Of a DNA stretch of 64,000 bases, positions 10,801 through 20,057 are shown one piece after another. The notes under the pieces are model-generated. The model had not been told where the DNA came from and ran no database searches. It saw nothing but the letters and a program-made list of their open reading frames with translations. The position numbers were made by a program, and so were the translations under genes. The stretch is from Staphylococcus phage Fi4S2: the sequence record PV037056.1, one strand, 5' to 3'. Every line of letters starts with the position of its first letter. Positions within the stretch are counted from its first letter, which is position 1.

Positions 10801-11879
10801 GCTCTGTTGATACCTATCAGTTATATTTAAGTCTGATGAGTCCTGTAGACACAACAGTTAAACTATCTACTACTGTATCAGAAGAGCAAACGTATGAGTT
10901 AGAGGCTAATAAAATATACCGACTACATATTCAAACCCCTATCTCAAATGGTCGTAATGCACCTATAAACTTGAATATTAAATCAAGCAGTACTGAGTTG
11001 ACTTATGGTTCATTTATTTATGTGAATGATGACCAAGACTTAGCTCGATTTATTAAAGAAGAAGAACCTATAAAGATAGCAGTACCTATGCAAGAAGACT
11101 CTTTACAAGTTAGAGACTTAGAAGTTACAGTACCACAGTCAGAAGATAGTGAAGATGGTGTTACTGACTCTTATCTAACGGTTACTTCAACAGACGGTAG
11201 TGAGATACCTCTATATGAGTATCGTGCGGATTCTTTAAATAAGGAGCGTAAAAACTATAGTCTTCATGGTAACTACACTAACATCAGTAAAGTTACTTAC
11301 CATTCAGACGGAATCTTGAAGAATGTTGAGATTGAGCGTTCTATTGATGGTAAAAACTGGAAGCCGATAGAAAGTATAATACCTGACCTAGCTGAAGGTG
11401 AGACATCAGTTATTAATAATGAGTTGATTGGTAAATATGGTATTGATGTCTTTAGTTTAGATACCATTAATGCAATGTCTAAAGTTCTTCTTAGAAGTAT
11501 ATGGGAGACAAAAATAGAAGAGTTTGAAAATGGTAGTGACATAGATGTCAATAGTGTCTCTGATGATTTCTTTAATACTACCTTTACTAACATTGTACAT
11601 ATGGCTGAATTAAAAGAGAATAAAATCACAGTCATTACTGATGTACGAGGCGGTAATATGGATAACTCATCAGGAGAGGTAATTAGTATGAGTGGCTCAG
11701 ACCCTATGTCAAGAGCTGTAATCCATATGAATTCAGAGACCGATACTAGATACAATCTACCATTATTAGCAGGTTCTTACGTAGCATTAGAAGAACTAGG
11801 TGACAAGACTTATAACGATACTGAGTATGAAGTTAATGAGGACTATAAAGCCTATTCTTATAGAAAAGAAAATAGTTAA
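7866..11879 (+). CDS. large tail morphogenetic/baseplate protein (1337 aa)
   Basis: Long ORF inside the baseplate-to-fibre module. Confidence 0.4.
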   Translation: MGNFLKYIHPLLKRKKSDKNYEDVNYAIINALDTEISDLEKEAMASKIQSSLKTAKGEYLDLWGEWFYVTRRENEEDDLYRERIIKFLLLKRGTNNAIIEALRDFLNDYDSYINIYEPFTNIFYTNKSKLDGEDHLMGDYYRFAIIDITLGRKFPVEIIDVINEFKPAGVKFYLTYDHARDVEGDGIIEMPPANVEITARTHISTLGGYGGYIRGHVNLGNLTYKSIFDYEDDGEGNNNIFRTDDSLINSLDVLGGEAGAGSKYTNTAMLTSKAYYPTLQDTAHTFSETSGVTLLDSEFNRGTKKIDNLVGSLKTLGGNKESNLYIGLDVYRYLNLNYPSTVKNYTDTSELKNKITKVAKDPKIVFKANALVSPSEPVSAHTYIFNFTNNQWDFLDTVNLDLNGVHNTAELGNLYDNISDTGTVFLKGVVDATEEPIQINVDYLDLSFKDYVKDYYTIMPYEGSVEGYHKIVNLAVQVNAYKTYTGSNPEVMLDSYYRPTGFYRIKGLGSTRISHVLKDEDYNMGIESEENSYHYLPTGLLSKEYLKPFTITDDKTYLTLDNNFNFAEYYTLSFMLDNSEDINTSEYKLHFYQERKSTNTQELVATFNLSDSSKSSEEVFSQTKQFLKFPYKEAIGDDDINFYVKAEYTGQNAQEPLQVKAFVLKNSSIVKDVPSDASSISYGGQSNLRDYTIEDTENGVYLKSPTDGIFDFALSFPDAPKTDKEKPYYYNELIEKGLTPSLLIPYKVTDGTKGSGMVRAYIRDTNTSSIISSFYINNNKDSSSPYDYINIPLSKLSSSSSIYMSTSSITGLKIIGNMKIAFYTEDNALTLSSGMSYLPIVSKEYIVKGEMTVRFKMNKKYSTQELQLYYGTSNSQGLENVPYPLANTQQVTSTVVDDTTNEYLFTVKIPTARRGYNIEDVYSLLTDMSKLEVESKDDTTEVYNDYDDTYTIINYSNPIDVSIPIYNSTVFKEYPVVNSSVDTYQLYLSLMSPVDTTVKLSTTVSEEQTYELEANKIYRLHIQTPISNGRNAPINLNIKSSSTELTYGSFIYVNDDQDLARFIKEEEPIKIAVPMQEDSLQVRDLEVTVPQSEDSEDGVTDSYLTVTSTDGSEIPLYEYRADSLNKERKNYSLHGNYTNISKVTYHSDGILKNVEIERSIDGKNWKPIESIIPDLAEGETSVINNELIGKYGIDVFSLDTINAMSKVLLRSIWETKIEEFENGSDIDVNSVSDDFFNTTFTNIVHMAELKENKITVITDVRGGNMDNSSGEVISMSGSDPMSRAVIHMNSETDTRYNLPLLAGSYVALEELGDKTYNDTEYEVNEDYKAYSYRKENS

Positions 11880-11888
11880 AAATAATGC

Positions 11889-11917
11889 TTGCATACTACT
11901 TGTAGGTGTGTTATACT
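11889..11917 (+). promoter_or_regulatory. sigma-A-like promoter (TTGCAT-17 bp-TATACT)
   Basis: Consensus-like hexamers embedded in an imperfect inverted repeat (gcttgcatactact / agtagtagcaagc). Confidence 0.4.
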
Positions 11918-11991
11918 ATAGTAGTAGCAAGCATATACATGATTTATAGCTTTTGTATGTTATATTACTAAAAAAGAGGAGAGATTTAAAG

Positions 11992-12513
11992 ATGGCAGTA
12001 GCTACTTATAACTCACATGTTGAGTCAGCAAAATACTTTTTAGACAAAAACGCATCAACATATTTAGCAATAGGAAAGACATCTACATGGTCTGATGAGG
12101 AAAACCCACCTCAAGACGACCCTAATGCAACAAAATTAGAAGAAGTAATAGGTTATAAAAAAGCTGATAAGGTTTCATTATGTAGACCTTTAGTTAGTGG
12201 AGAAGAGACTACATTTACAAAAATTGTTTATGGGAATAAAACTTGGGTCTTAGTACCTAAAGACCAAGCTACAGAAGAAGGAGCTAAGTGGCTATACGCA
12301 CATGCTACTATTGAAGCTGATGACTTACCATTAGGTATGTACCGACAAGTTGGTATCCACGTAGACTTAACACCTGGTAGTGGAATCTCTAAATTAAATC
12401 TTTTACCATCTGAAGTAAGTAATTTAGGTACTTTAATGGCTATTGATAATAGAGAGCATCAAAACCGTATTGCTTCAAGTTCTGTAGAAGAAGCTTTTAT
12501 CTTAGCATTTTAA
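11992..12513 (+). CDS. hypothetical tail protein (174 aa from the RBS-supported start)
   Basis: The ATG at 11992 is preceded by aagaggagag. The upstream in-frame Met at 11953 lacks an RBS. Confidence 0.4.
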   Translation: MAVATYNSHVESAKYFLDKNASTYLAIGKTSTWSDEENPPQDDPNATKLEEVIGYKKADKVSLCRPLVSGEETTFTKIVYGNKTWVLVPKDQATEEGAKWLYAHATIEADDLPLGMYRQVGIHVDLTPGSGISKLNLLPSEVSNLGTLMAIDNREHQNRIASSSVEEAFILAF

Positions 12514-12534
12514 TAAGGAAGGAGAACAACACTA

Positions 12535-15500
12535 ATGGCTTATGATTTTTCAAGCAGACCATATTATGATAGATTTAACCAAAGCAAGAATATAACAAGA
12601 GTTCTATTTAAACCCGATGTTCCCTTACAAAACTCAGAATTGAATGAGATGGCATCAATCCAATCTAGTTCACTTCAACTATTAGGAGATTCTATCTTTA
12701 AAGATGGAGACATGCAATCGGGATTGAACTATACGATAGATGGAAATAATGTATTAACAGTTAACCCTGGTTATCTGTATATACAAGGCAAGATGAGATA
12801 CTATGATTCTAACGATAGTGTTAAACTAACAGGAGTAGGTAAAGAGCAAGTTGGTATTAAAGTTGTTGGCTCTATTGTAACTAGTGATGATGACAATAGC
12901 TTATTAGACCCTGCTACAGGAGCTCCAAGTTATTTCTCTGAAGGTGCAGACCGTTTTAAAGAGGAATTAAAATTAACATTAAACGACCCAACATCTGCTA
13001 CTATCTATACATTCCAAAATGGAGACTTATTTACCAAACCGAGTGACCCTCAATTTGATAAAGTAGTTAAAGTTATGGAGCAACGTACTTTTGAGGAATC
13101 AGGTTCTTACAAAGTACAAGGCCTTACAATCTTCTCAGCGGAAGAGCAAGATGAAGAAAGTGGTTTTGTTAATATTGTAGTAGATACAGGAGTAGCTTAT
13201 GTAAAAGGTAGACGTATTGAAAAACCTACTTCTACACATATTGCTCTAGACTCAGCTACTGATTTAGAGAATGCACAGAATGAGAGTACTATTTATAACA
13301 AATCTACTGATAGAATTAGATTAGCTAATACACCTGTAAAAGACATTAATCGTGTATCAGCATCTGTTGCAATCACTAAAGAACGTAAAACAAGAGATGC
13401 TATTGGAGACTCTCAAGACTATTTATCTAATAATACAGCTTATAAGATTACTAGAGTTTGGACTGAGAACTCAAGTGGTGATGTAACTAAAGAATATAAA
13501 CAAGGAGAAGACTACAACCTGATTGATGGTCAAGCAGTAGATTGGTCTCCTGGAGGTCAAGAACCTTCATCAGGAGCATCTTACTATGTAGCATATGAGT
13601 ACACTAAAAGATTAGAAAAGGGTGTAGACTTTGTTGTAGAGACTGAAGGTGAAGGACAATTTAAACGTTGGTTCCTTAACTTCTCTAAAGCAACAGGTGT
13701 TAAGCCTATTGACCAATCATTAGTTCAAGTAGACTATACTTTCTACTTAGCTAGACAAGATTTACTTAGTTTAAATGTAGATGGTGAAGTAGTTGTACTT
13801 AAAGGTAAACCTAACTTAATGAGATTAGTTAACCCACCAATCCAGGAAGACCCTGAGACATTACAACTAGGTTATGTTACGGTCTTACCTAACTCTACAG
13901 AAACAGACTGTGTTACTGATGCTATAACTAACTTATCTATGGAGCAATTACAAAAAGTTAAAACACGAGTAGATAACTTAGAAATTAACCAAGCTATTAA
14001 TGCATTAGATGATGGGGCTATGGAAGGTCAGAACCCATTGAACTTACGTTCAGTATTCAGTGAAGGCTTTATTAGTTTAGATAAGGCTGACGTTTCTCAC
14101 CCTGACTTTGGTGTAGCATTTAGTTTTGATGATGCAGAGATTACGTTACAGTTTACAGAAGAAGTACAATCACCAATTGTTTCTGAACTTACAACTAATG
14201 CTCATGTATGGGGACGTATTATATCCGCTCCTTTTACAGAAGAACTTTCTATCTATCAACCATTAGCTTCTGAACCATTAAACGTTAACCCTTATAATAT
14301 ACCTAACAAACAAGGGGTTATGAAGTTAACACCATCTGAAGATAACTGGATTGATGAAGAACGTGTTACTATTACAGAACAGAAAACTAAGACGATTACT
14401 ATGAACCGTTGGTGGAGACACCCTGGTCGTGATTTTGGTTCTAAACAAGATTACTACCAAAGTAATATCCAACTTGATAAAGGCCAAGTGTGGGAAGGTA
14501 AGTCTTATGCTTATGATAAAAAGCATGGACGTACAGGTACACTACTAGAGTCAGGTGGTCATAGAACGTTAGAAGAAATGATTGAATTTATTAGACAAAG
14601 ACAAGTTAAGATTGATGTCAAAGGATTAAATCCTAATGATAATGACTTATACTTACTGTTTGATGGCATCCGTTGTGCCTTAACTCCTGCATCAGGATTT
14701 AGAAAAGGTAGTGAGCCTGGTACAGTCATGTCTGATGAGAAGGGTAGAGTTAAAGCAACATTTGAAATACCAGCAGGTGTACGTTGTGGTAACAGAGAGG
14801 TTACATTGAAAAATGCTAACTCTACAAGTGCAACGACTTACTCAGCTCATGGACGTAAGAAGATTACACAAGACATTATCTTAAAAACACGTGTTACAAT
14901 TAACTTAGTTGACCCATTAGCGCAATCATTCCAATATGAGGAGAACCGTATTATATCATCACTGGGTCTATACTTCGCATCTAAAGGAGACGCTAACTCT
15001 AATGTTACAGTACAGATTAGAGGAATGGGAGACCAAGGTTTCCCTAACAAAACTGTCTATGCAGAAACTGTGTTGAATGCTGATGAGATTAAAGTATCTA
15101 AGAATGCTAGTGCAGAAACTAGAGTATACTTTGATGACCCTATGATGGCAGAAGCAGGAAGAGAGTATGCTATTGTTATTATGACAGAAAATAGTGACTA
15201 CACTATGTGGGTTGGTACAAGAACACAACCACGTATTGACAAACCTAGTGAGAACATCTCAGGTAATCCATATGTACAAGGTGTACTATTTAGTTCATCA
15301 AACGCATCTACATGGACTCCACATCAAAACTCTGACCTTAAATTTGGTATCTATACACCAGTATTTGAGAAAGAGGCAGTAATAGAGTTTGACTCTATGA
15401 AGAATGTTAAAGCTGATAGACTTGTATTAATGTCTACATACTTAACACCTGAAAACACAGGATGTGCTTGGGAAGCTAAGATTCTGAGAGAAGACATGGA

Positions 15501-15996
15501 TTCTAGTGTAACGATTGACTCACTTCCATGGCAACCAATAGCTAACTACCAAGATTTAGAACTTATAGAGATTGCTAAAGAAGTAAAATTAAAAGCAACT
15601 TTTGATTCTAATAAATACATTTCTCCACTATTATCTGTTAGTGACTTGACATTCACATCATTCTTGACTGAATTAACAGGAAGTTATGTAGGTAGAGCTA
15701 TAGACATGGCTGAAGCTCCTTACAATACGATTAGATTCAGTTATGAAGGCTTCTTACCAAAAGGTACAAAGATTATCCCTAGATACTCTACTGACAATGG
15801 TGAGACTTGGAAGACTCTAAGTAGTTCTCCAACAACACAAAAAGCCAATAATGAGTTTACACGTTATGTATATGATGAAAAAGTTACTACTGGAGCTAAG
15901 TTTACAAAACTACAAGTTAGGCTAGACCTTTCTACTGAAAATAGTTTCTTAAGACCACGTTGTAGAAGATTGATGGTCACTACAAGAGATGAGTAA
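12535..15996 (+). CDS. adsorption-associated tail protein (1153 aa)
   Basis: Size and position match the ~1150-aa adsorption-associated tail protein of phage K-like myophages. It lies immediately upstream of the receptor-binding proteins. Confidence 0.45.
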   Translation: MAYDFSSRPYYDRFNQSKNITRVLFKPDVPLQNSELNEMASIQSSSLQLLGDSIFKDGDMQSGLNYTIDGNNVLTVNPGYLYIQGKMRYYDSNDSVKLTGVGKEQVGIKVVGSIVTSDDDNSLLDPATGAPSYFSEGADRFKEELKLTLNDPTSATIYTFQNGDLFTKPSDPQFDKVVKVMEQRTFEESGSYKVQGLTIFSAEEQDEESGFVNIVVDTGVAYVKGRRIEKPTSTHIALDSATDLENAQNESTIYNKSTDRIRLANTPVKDINRVSASVAITKERKTRDAIGDSQDYLSNNTAYKITRVWTENSSGDVTKEYKQGEDYNLIDGQAVDWSPGGQEPSSGASYYVAYEYTKRLEKGVDFVVETEGEGQFKRWFLNFSKATGVKPIDQSLVQVDYTFYLARQDLLSLNVDGEVVVLKGKPNLMRLVNPPIQEDPETLQLGYVTVLPNSTETDCVTDAITNLSMEQLQKVKTRVDNLEINQAINALDDGAMEGQNPLNLRSVFSEGFISLDKADVSHPDFGVAFSFDDAEITLQFTEEVQSPIVSELTTNAHVWGRIISAPFTEELSIYQPLASEPLNVNPYNIPNKQGVMKLTPSEDNWIDEERVTITEQKTKTITMNRWWRHPGRDFGSKQDYYQSNIQLDKGQVWEGKSYAYDKKHGRTGTLLESGGHRTLEEMIEFIRQRQVKIDVKGLNPNDNDLYLLFDGIRCALTPASGFRKGSEPGTVMSDEKGRVKATFEIPAGVRCGNREVTLKNANSTSATTYSAHGRKKITQDIILKTRVTINLVDPLAQSFQYEENRIISSLGLYFASKGDANSNVTVQIRGMGDQGFPNKTVYAETVLNADEIKVSKNASAETRVYFDDPMMAEAGREYAIVIMTENSDYTMWVGTRTQPRIDKPSENISGNPYVQGVLFSSSNASTWTPHQNSDLKFGIYTPVFEKEAVIEFDSMKNVKADRLVLMSTYLTPENTGCAWEAKILREDMDSSVTIDSLPWQPIANYQDLELIEIAKEVKLKATFDSNKYISPLLSVSDLTFTSFLTELTGSYVGRAIDMAEAPYNTIRFSYEGFLPKGTKIIPRYSTDNGETWKTLSSSPTTQKANNEFTRYVYDEKVTTGAKFTKLQVRLDLSTENSFLRPRCRRLMVTTRDE

Positions 15997-16007
15997 TAAG
16001 TAATTAG

Positions 16008-16037
16008 GGAGGCTAGGTTAATTCCTAGCCTTTTCTT
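16008..16037 (+). terminator. rho-independent terminator
   Basis: ggctagg-ttaatt-cctagcc hairpin followed by a T-run. Confidence 0.55.
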
Positions 16038-16051
16038 ATATATAAAATATA

Positions 16052-16080
16052 TTGACGTACTATATTAACTATGGTATACT
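16052..16080 (+). promoter_or_regulatory. sigma-A-like promoter (TTGACG-17 bp-TATACT)
   Basis: Hexamers with 17-bp spacing, directly upstream of the 61-aa ORF and the receptor-binding protein gene. Confidence 0.45.
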
Positions 16081-16107
16081 TGTTAAGTAACAAGGAGATG
16101 ATACATT

Positions 16108-16293
16108 ATGGCTAGAGACTACAGAGACCCTTATTCCAAGGCTTTAGTTTTTATACCAACAAAAGAAGACAAAGATAGACTAGAAGAACAAAAAGAGATG
16201 CAAAGAAAGAGTAAATTACTTGATGACAAACTGAGTCAAGCTGATGAACTAATAGCTAAATTAAATGCTCAATTAGAAAGGAAGGAACAATAG
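16108..16293 (+). CDS. small coiled-coil protein (61 aa)
   Basis: ORF with an RBS (aaggagatg). Charged heptad-like sequence. Confidence 0.35.
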   Translation: MARDYRDPYSKALVFIPTKEDKDRLEEQKEMQRKSKLLDDKLSQADELIAKLNAQLERKEQ

Positions 16294-18249
16294 ATGGCTT
16301 TTAAGTACACTAAAGTTCAAGATACAGACTATGTAAGAGAAATATCTCATACACTAAATAGTGTAGGGGATTACCTCCAAACTATGTCTAATGAACGTGA
16401 CACACTACCATATATATCTCAACTATTAGTTACAGATTCTGCTAATATTTTACAGACAAATGTTGTATATTATTTAACAAACATACAAGGGTTTCCCCAA
16501 AGATTTGGGGCTAGTGCTAATGGGTATGGTATGTTATTGAGACGTAACCCATCAGTAACCTATTACACATTTGTATTTTTACCTTACAATAGCTCAGTAA
16601 TATACTATAGAGTTTTCAACGGAGCGTGGCAAGATTGGCAGAGTACTCTAACTACAGAAAACACTACTAATTATCAGAAGTATGCTTTTACAGATGAACA
16701 AGGTCAAGTAAGTAATAATAAATCTATAGACATTAAGAATACTACGGGCTACAGTAAGAGTAAAGGTACTCTAGTTGATGCGCCAACTGAAGACTCTAAA
16801 GGATGGATAGACTATTCTGATACACAGGGTGGGGAAGCATCACAAACACTATTTAACCCTACAGAAAGTACATCGTTATTTACAAAACAGAAGAAACAAG
16901 CAATTGTAAAACAAAATCCAAATATTATTCAAGATTCCTTATTTACAAATCATGTACCTTATACTTATATATTCCAAAATGATACAAACTATTGGGGAAC
17001 AAGTAAAGGAGTAGGTAGGGTAATAAGAACAGATAAAAAATTTAAAGGGCAGAATATAGTAGAATTAAATGACACTAAAGGTTCCTACGTAACGTTTAGA
17101 GGGAAAGCACTTACTGTAGGTGAAGGTAAAGACTTACAAGTAGGTAAAACTTATACTCTCTCAGCCTATGTTATGACACCTGATGTAAGTAAACTAAAAG
17201 AAAATTACCCTTATATAGAGGTGTCTTATCCAACATCACTAGACACTCAATCAAACCCGACTATAGATAGTCAGTTAGACATAACAGGGCTAGAGAATAA
17301 TCAATGGAAAAGAGTATCTGTAACTTTCACTGTACCTAGTAATGTTACTTACGCTAGACCAAATTTAAGGTTTAACATTTCTAAATCAGGAACTAATAAT
17401 GGAGGTCTTGTATACTATGCACTACCAAAATTAGAGGAAGGTTCTGAAGCTACACCTTTTATTACTAATTCTAACGATTCAAAACAGTTTGATGAACTTT
17501 GGTCTAACTGGAATGAATATATTTCTAAAGAAAAATTAGCAGAAACTGCTCCTACAGACATACTAGGAAAGGTAGGCTACTTTAAGTACCCTCTAACTAA
17601 AGAGTTCTTAGATAACTTAGGTATGGACTTTTACACTTATGTTGGTGACTTACCACAAGGATTCCATACTTTCTATATGCAAAATGGTGCACCAGGTAAT
17701 GTCTTTAATGATTCTGTCAGAGGTACTATCATGCTTGATTACTCTCAAGGTGACGAGATGTCTACTAATAAACGGTATGCAATAGTAGAGTGTGTAAATA
17801 ATAAAGGGGTTCATTATAGTGCTTTCTTTGACTGGGGTAATGAGCCTAGACAAATAGTTAGACAATCTGAAATGCAAACACTTCTATGGGAAGACCCTGA
17901 TACTTTTGACTTAGCAACAGGTGGGACGATAACTTTAAATGATGATTACACTAACTATAATGCATTAGACTTTGTAATATACTTCGGAGCATCTTCTACC
18001 TATAGAACTATAAGAGCATACCCGTCTTCATCTACTATAGCCTTTAGAGACCTTAACTTATCTAACAATAGTACGAGTGGTGGATTAGATACATTTGAAG
18101 GTAACATAAGCTTTGCAGATAGTAAAACAGTGAAGGCAGACTTTGCTAAACAAGTGTTGCTGAAGGTAGGGTCAGGTACTGAAACAATATCTTGGAATCA
18201 AACAAATACGGTTAAAATATACAAAATAATAGGTGTTCACACAGTATAA
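16294..18249 (+). CDS. putative receptor-binding protein / tail fibre (651 aa)
   Basis: Position and size correspond to the ~640-aa receptor-binding protein of phage K-like phages. Confidence 0.45.
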   Translation: MAFKYTKVQDTDYVREISHTLNSVGDYLQTMSNERDTLPYISQLLVTDSANILQTNVVYYLTNIQGFPQRFGASANGYGMLLRRNPSVTYYTFVFLPYNSSVIYYRVFNGAWQDWQSTLTTENTTNYQKYAFTDEQGQVSNNKSIDIKNTTGYSKSKGTLVDAPTEDSKGWIDYSDTQGGEASQTLFNPTESTSLFTKQKKQAIVKQNPNIIQDSLFTNHVPYTYIFQNDTNYWGTSKGVGRVIRTDKKFKGQNIVELNDTKGSYVTFRGKALTVGEGKDLQVGKTYTLSAYVMTPDVSKLKENYPYIEVSYPTSLDTQSNPTIDSQLDITGLENNQWKRVSVTFTVPSNVTYARPNLRFNISKSGTNNGGLVYYALPKLEEGSEATPFITNSNDSKQFDELWSNWNEYISKEKLAETAPTDILGKVGYFKYPLTKEFLDNLGMDFYTYVGDLPQGFHTFYMQNGAPGNVFNDSVRGTIMLDYSQGDEMSTNKRYAIVECVNNKGVHYSAFFDWGNEPRQIVRQSEMQTLLWEDPDTFDLATGGTITLNDDYTNYNALDFVIYFGASSTYRTIRAYPSSSTIAFRDLNLSNNSTSGGLDTFEGNISFADSKTVKADFAKQVLLKVGSGTETISWNQTNTVKIYKIIGVHTV

Positions 18250-18265
18250 GAGGGGGAATTTATAA

Positions 18266-18589
18266 ATGGCATGGGTTTACAATAATGTAGAAGCATCAGG
18301 AATGTGTTTACTAACAATAGATGAGATAGACCATAAGACCTTAGTTATGGACTTTATGACAGAGGGTTGGTATGACGACACTGACCCTAACTTAGTTCTC
18401 AAACCAAAAAGAATATGTCCTTATGTTTGGTTTGAAGGATTTGAAACTGACTATTGGTTCTTTGCTCCAATGAGGTTCATGATTTTAAGTGCACGAGAAG
18501 AAATAATAGAAGATACAGATTGGAAATATTACTACACAGGTAAAGATTCTATACCAACTCCAGGAAGAGGTGAGCCATACCCATGGTAA
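18266..18589 (+). CDS. hypothetical protein (107 aa)
   Basis: ORF with an RBS (agagggggaa). Confidence 0.35.
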   Translation: MAWVYNNVEASGMCLLTIDEIDHKTLVMDFMTEGWYDDTDPNLVLKPKRICPYVWFEGFETDYWFFAPMRFMILSAREEIIEDTDWKYYYTGKDSIPTPGRGEPYPW

Positions 18590-19959
18590 TACAATTTTCA
18601 CCATTAACAAAAGACAATACCGTAAAAGACCTTTCAGAAACAGTTAATAGTATTGGGGCTGAGCTAACTAAGAGTAATAACATCTTTACTCAGGTTGATT
18701 CTATGTCTAAGACTTTGCAAAATGTCCAACAATTCTCATTAACTAATAAGGATGGCTATTCTAAAGTACCAGGTTCTTTAAAAAGTATCAGAGACTTGAG
18801 AGAGGCAGGTTATTACTATATATCTGCTTCTACTCTTGCTACTTTAGCAGATGCCCCACCAGTTAACTCTGATGTTGTAATTACTGTAATGCCCTCTTCA
18901 ACAAAAGATTATTGCATACAGTATTTACATACACTAAGAGCATCTATCAATCCTAGAGCATTGTTTAGGTACGCTACACCATCAATGTCTACAGAGTGGT
19001 TATCCGTAGTTACAACACCATTAACTATGAATACTACCATCAGTGATAAAGACTTAAACAAAGACATTATAGACGTAGGAACTTATTATTTCTATAATCT
19101 TAAAGGTGTTCCAACAGGGATAACACGAGGATTTTTAGATGTAAGAAAAGGCCAAAATGATTTAGCTATCTATGAGGTAACTAATGCTTCTACAGCTTTG
19201 AAATACACATCAATATTTTCACCTGACACAGGCCTTTCTAGCTGGGTAGAGGAAACTACATTAGATAATATAAATGCTTATACTATAGCATCTAAGACAG
19301 ACTCTTATACGTACCCTAGATTTGGTTTATATATTTATAAATCAGATAATATTTCTTTTGGGGATGCTATACAGAAGAAGTTAAGAGAAACTAACCAAGG
19401 GTCTTTCACCTTCTACTGTCAAGGAGGGGTAACAAATGCTCCTAGCTCCCATTCAACACGAGGATTATTTATATCTGACACACCTAAAGACTCAGGAGCT
19501 TCAACTAACCATGGTGTATATTATGCTATTGAGACTAGCGGTAAGTTAGTAACGGGAGCTTTATCTAGTGATAAATGGACTACTCCGAAGAAGGCTCCAT
19601 CTATAGATACCTTATGGACAGGCAATAAGTTATTTACAGATACAAGTAAAACAGAGAAACTATCAGCTCCTATCACAGAATATGATTATGTAGAGATTTT
19701 TATTAAACCTAGATTAACAACTAACTCATCAGGAGATGTATGGGACGTAGTAAATAATGAAGGTCGTAAGTTCTATATAGGTAATGATGACTTCTTCATT
19801 GTCTCTGGTACTATCGTAGACTCTAAAGCCAGTACTATAGGTGTTGACCATTATAGAGTGGACATCAGATTCGATGGAGATACTTTTAAAGTAGACGGTT
19901 CTGCTACTATCAACAAAAAAGCACACTATGTAACTAGAATAGTTGGTCATAGAGTTTAG
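18583..19959 (+). CDS. putative receptor-binding protein (458 aa)
   Basis: It is 458 aa, the same size and position as the 458-aa receptor-binding protein of phage K-like phages. Confidence 0.45.
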   Translation: MVIQFSPLTKDNTVKDLSETVNSIGAELTKSNNIFTQVDSMSKTLQNVQQFSLTNKDGYSKVPGSLKSIRDLREAGYYYISASTLATLADAPPVNSDVVITVMPSSTKDYCIQYLHTLRASINPRALFRYATPSMSTEWLSVVTTPLTMNTTISDKDLNKDIIDVGTYYFYNLKGVPTGITRGFLDVRKGQNDLAIYEVTNASTALKYTSIFSPDTGLSSWVEETTLDNINAYTIASKTDSYTYPRFGLYIYKSDNISFGDAIQKKLRETNQGSFTFYCQGGVTNAPSSHSTRGLFISDTPKDSGASTNHGVYYAIETSGKLVTGALSSDKWTTPKKAPSIDTLWTGNKLFTDTSKTEKLSAPITEYDYVEIFIKPRLTTNSSGDVWDVVNNEGRKFYIGNDDFFIVSGTIVDSKASTIGVDHYRVDIRFDGDTFKVDGSATINKKAHYVTRIVGHRV

Positions 19960-19967
19960 AATTTAAG

Positions 19968-19996
19968 TACAGGATATTTCCTGTGCTTTTTTTTTT
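19968..19996 (+). terminator. rho-independent terminator
   Basis: acagga-tatt-tcctgt hairpin followed by 10 T. Confidence 0.55.
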
Positions 19997-19997
19997 G

Positions 19998-20026
19998 TTG
20001 CAAAATAAGTGAAAGTGTGATATACT
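19998..20026 (+). promoter_or_regulatory. sigma-A-like promoter (TTGCAA-17 bp-TATACT)
   Basis: Consensus-like hexamers upstream of the helicase gene. Confidence 0.45.
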
Positions 20027-20057
20027 AGTAAAAGACCATAGAATAGGAGGATTTATA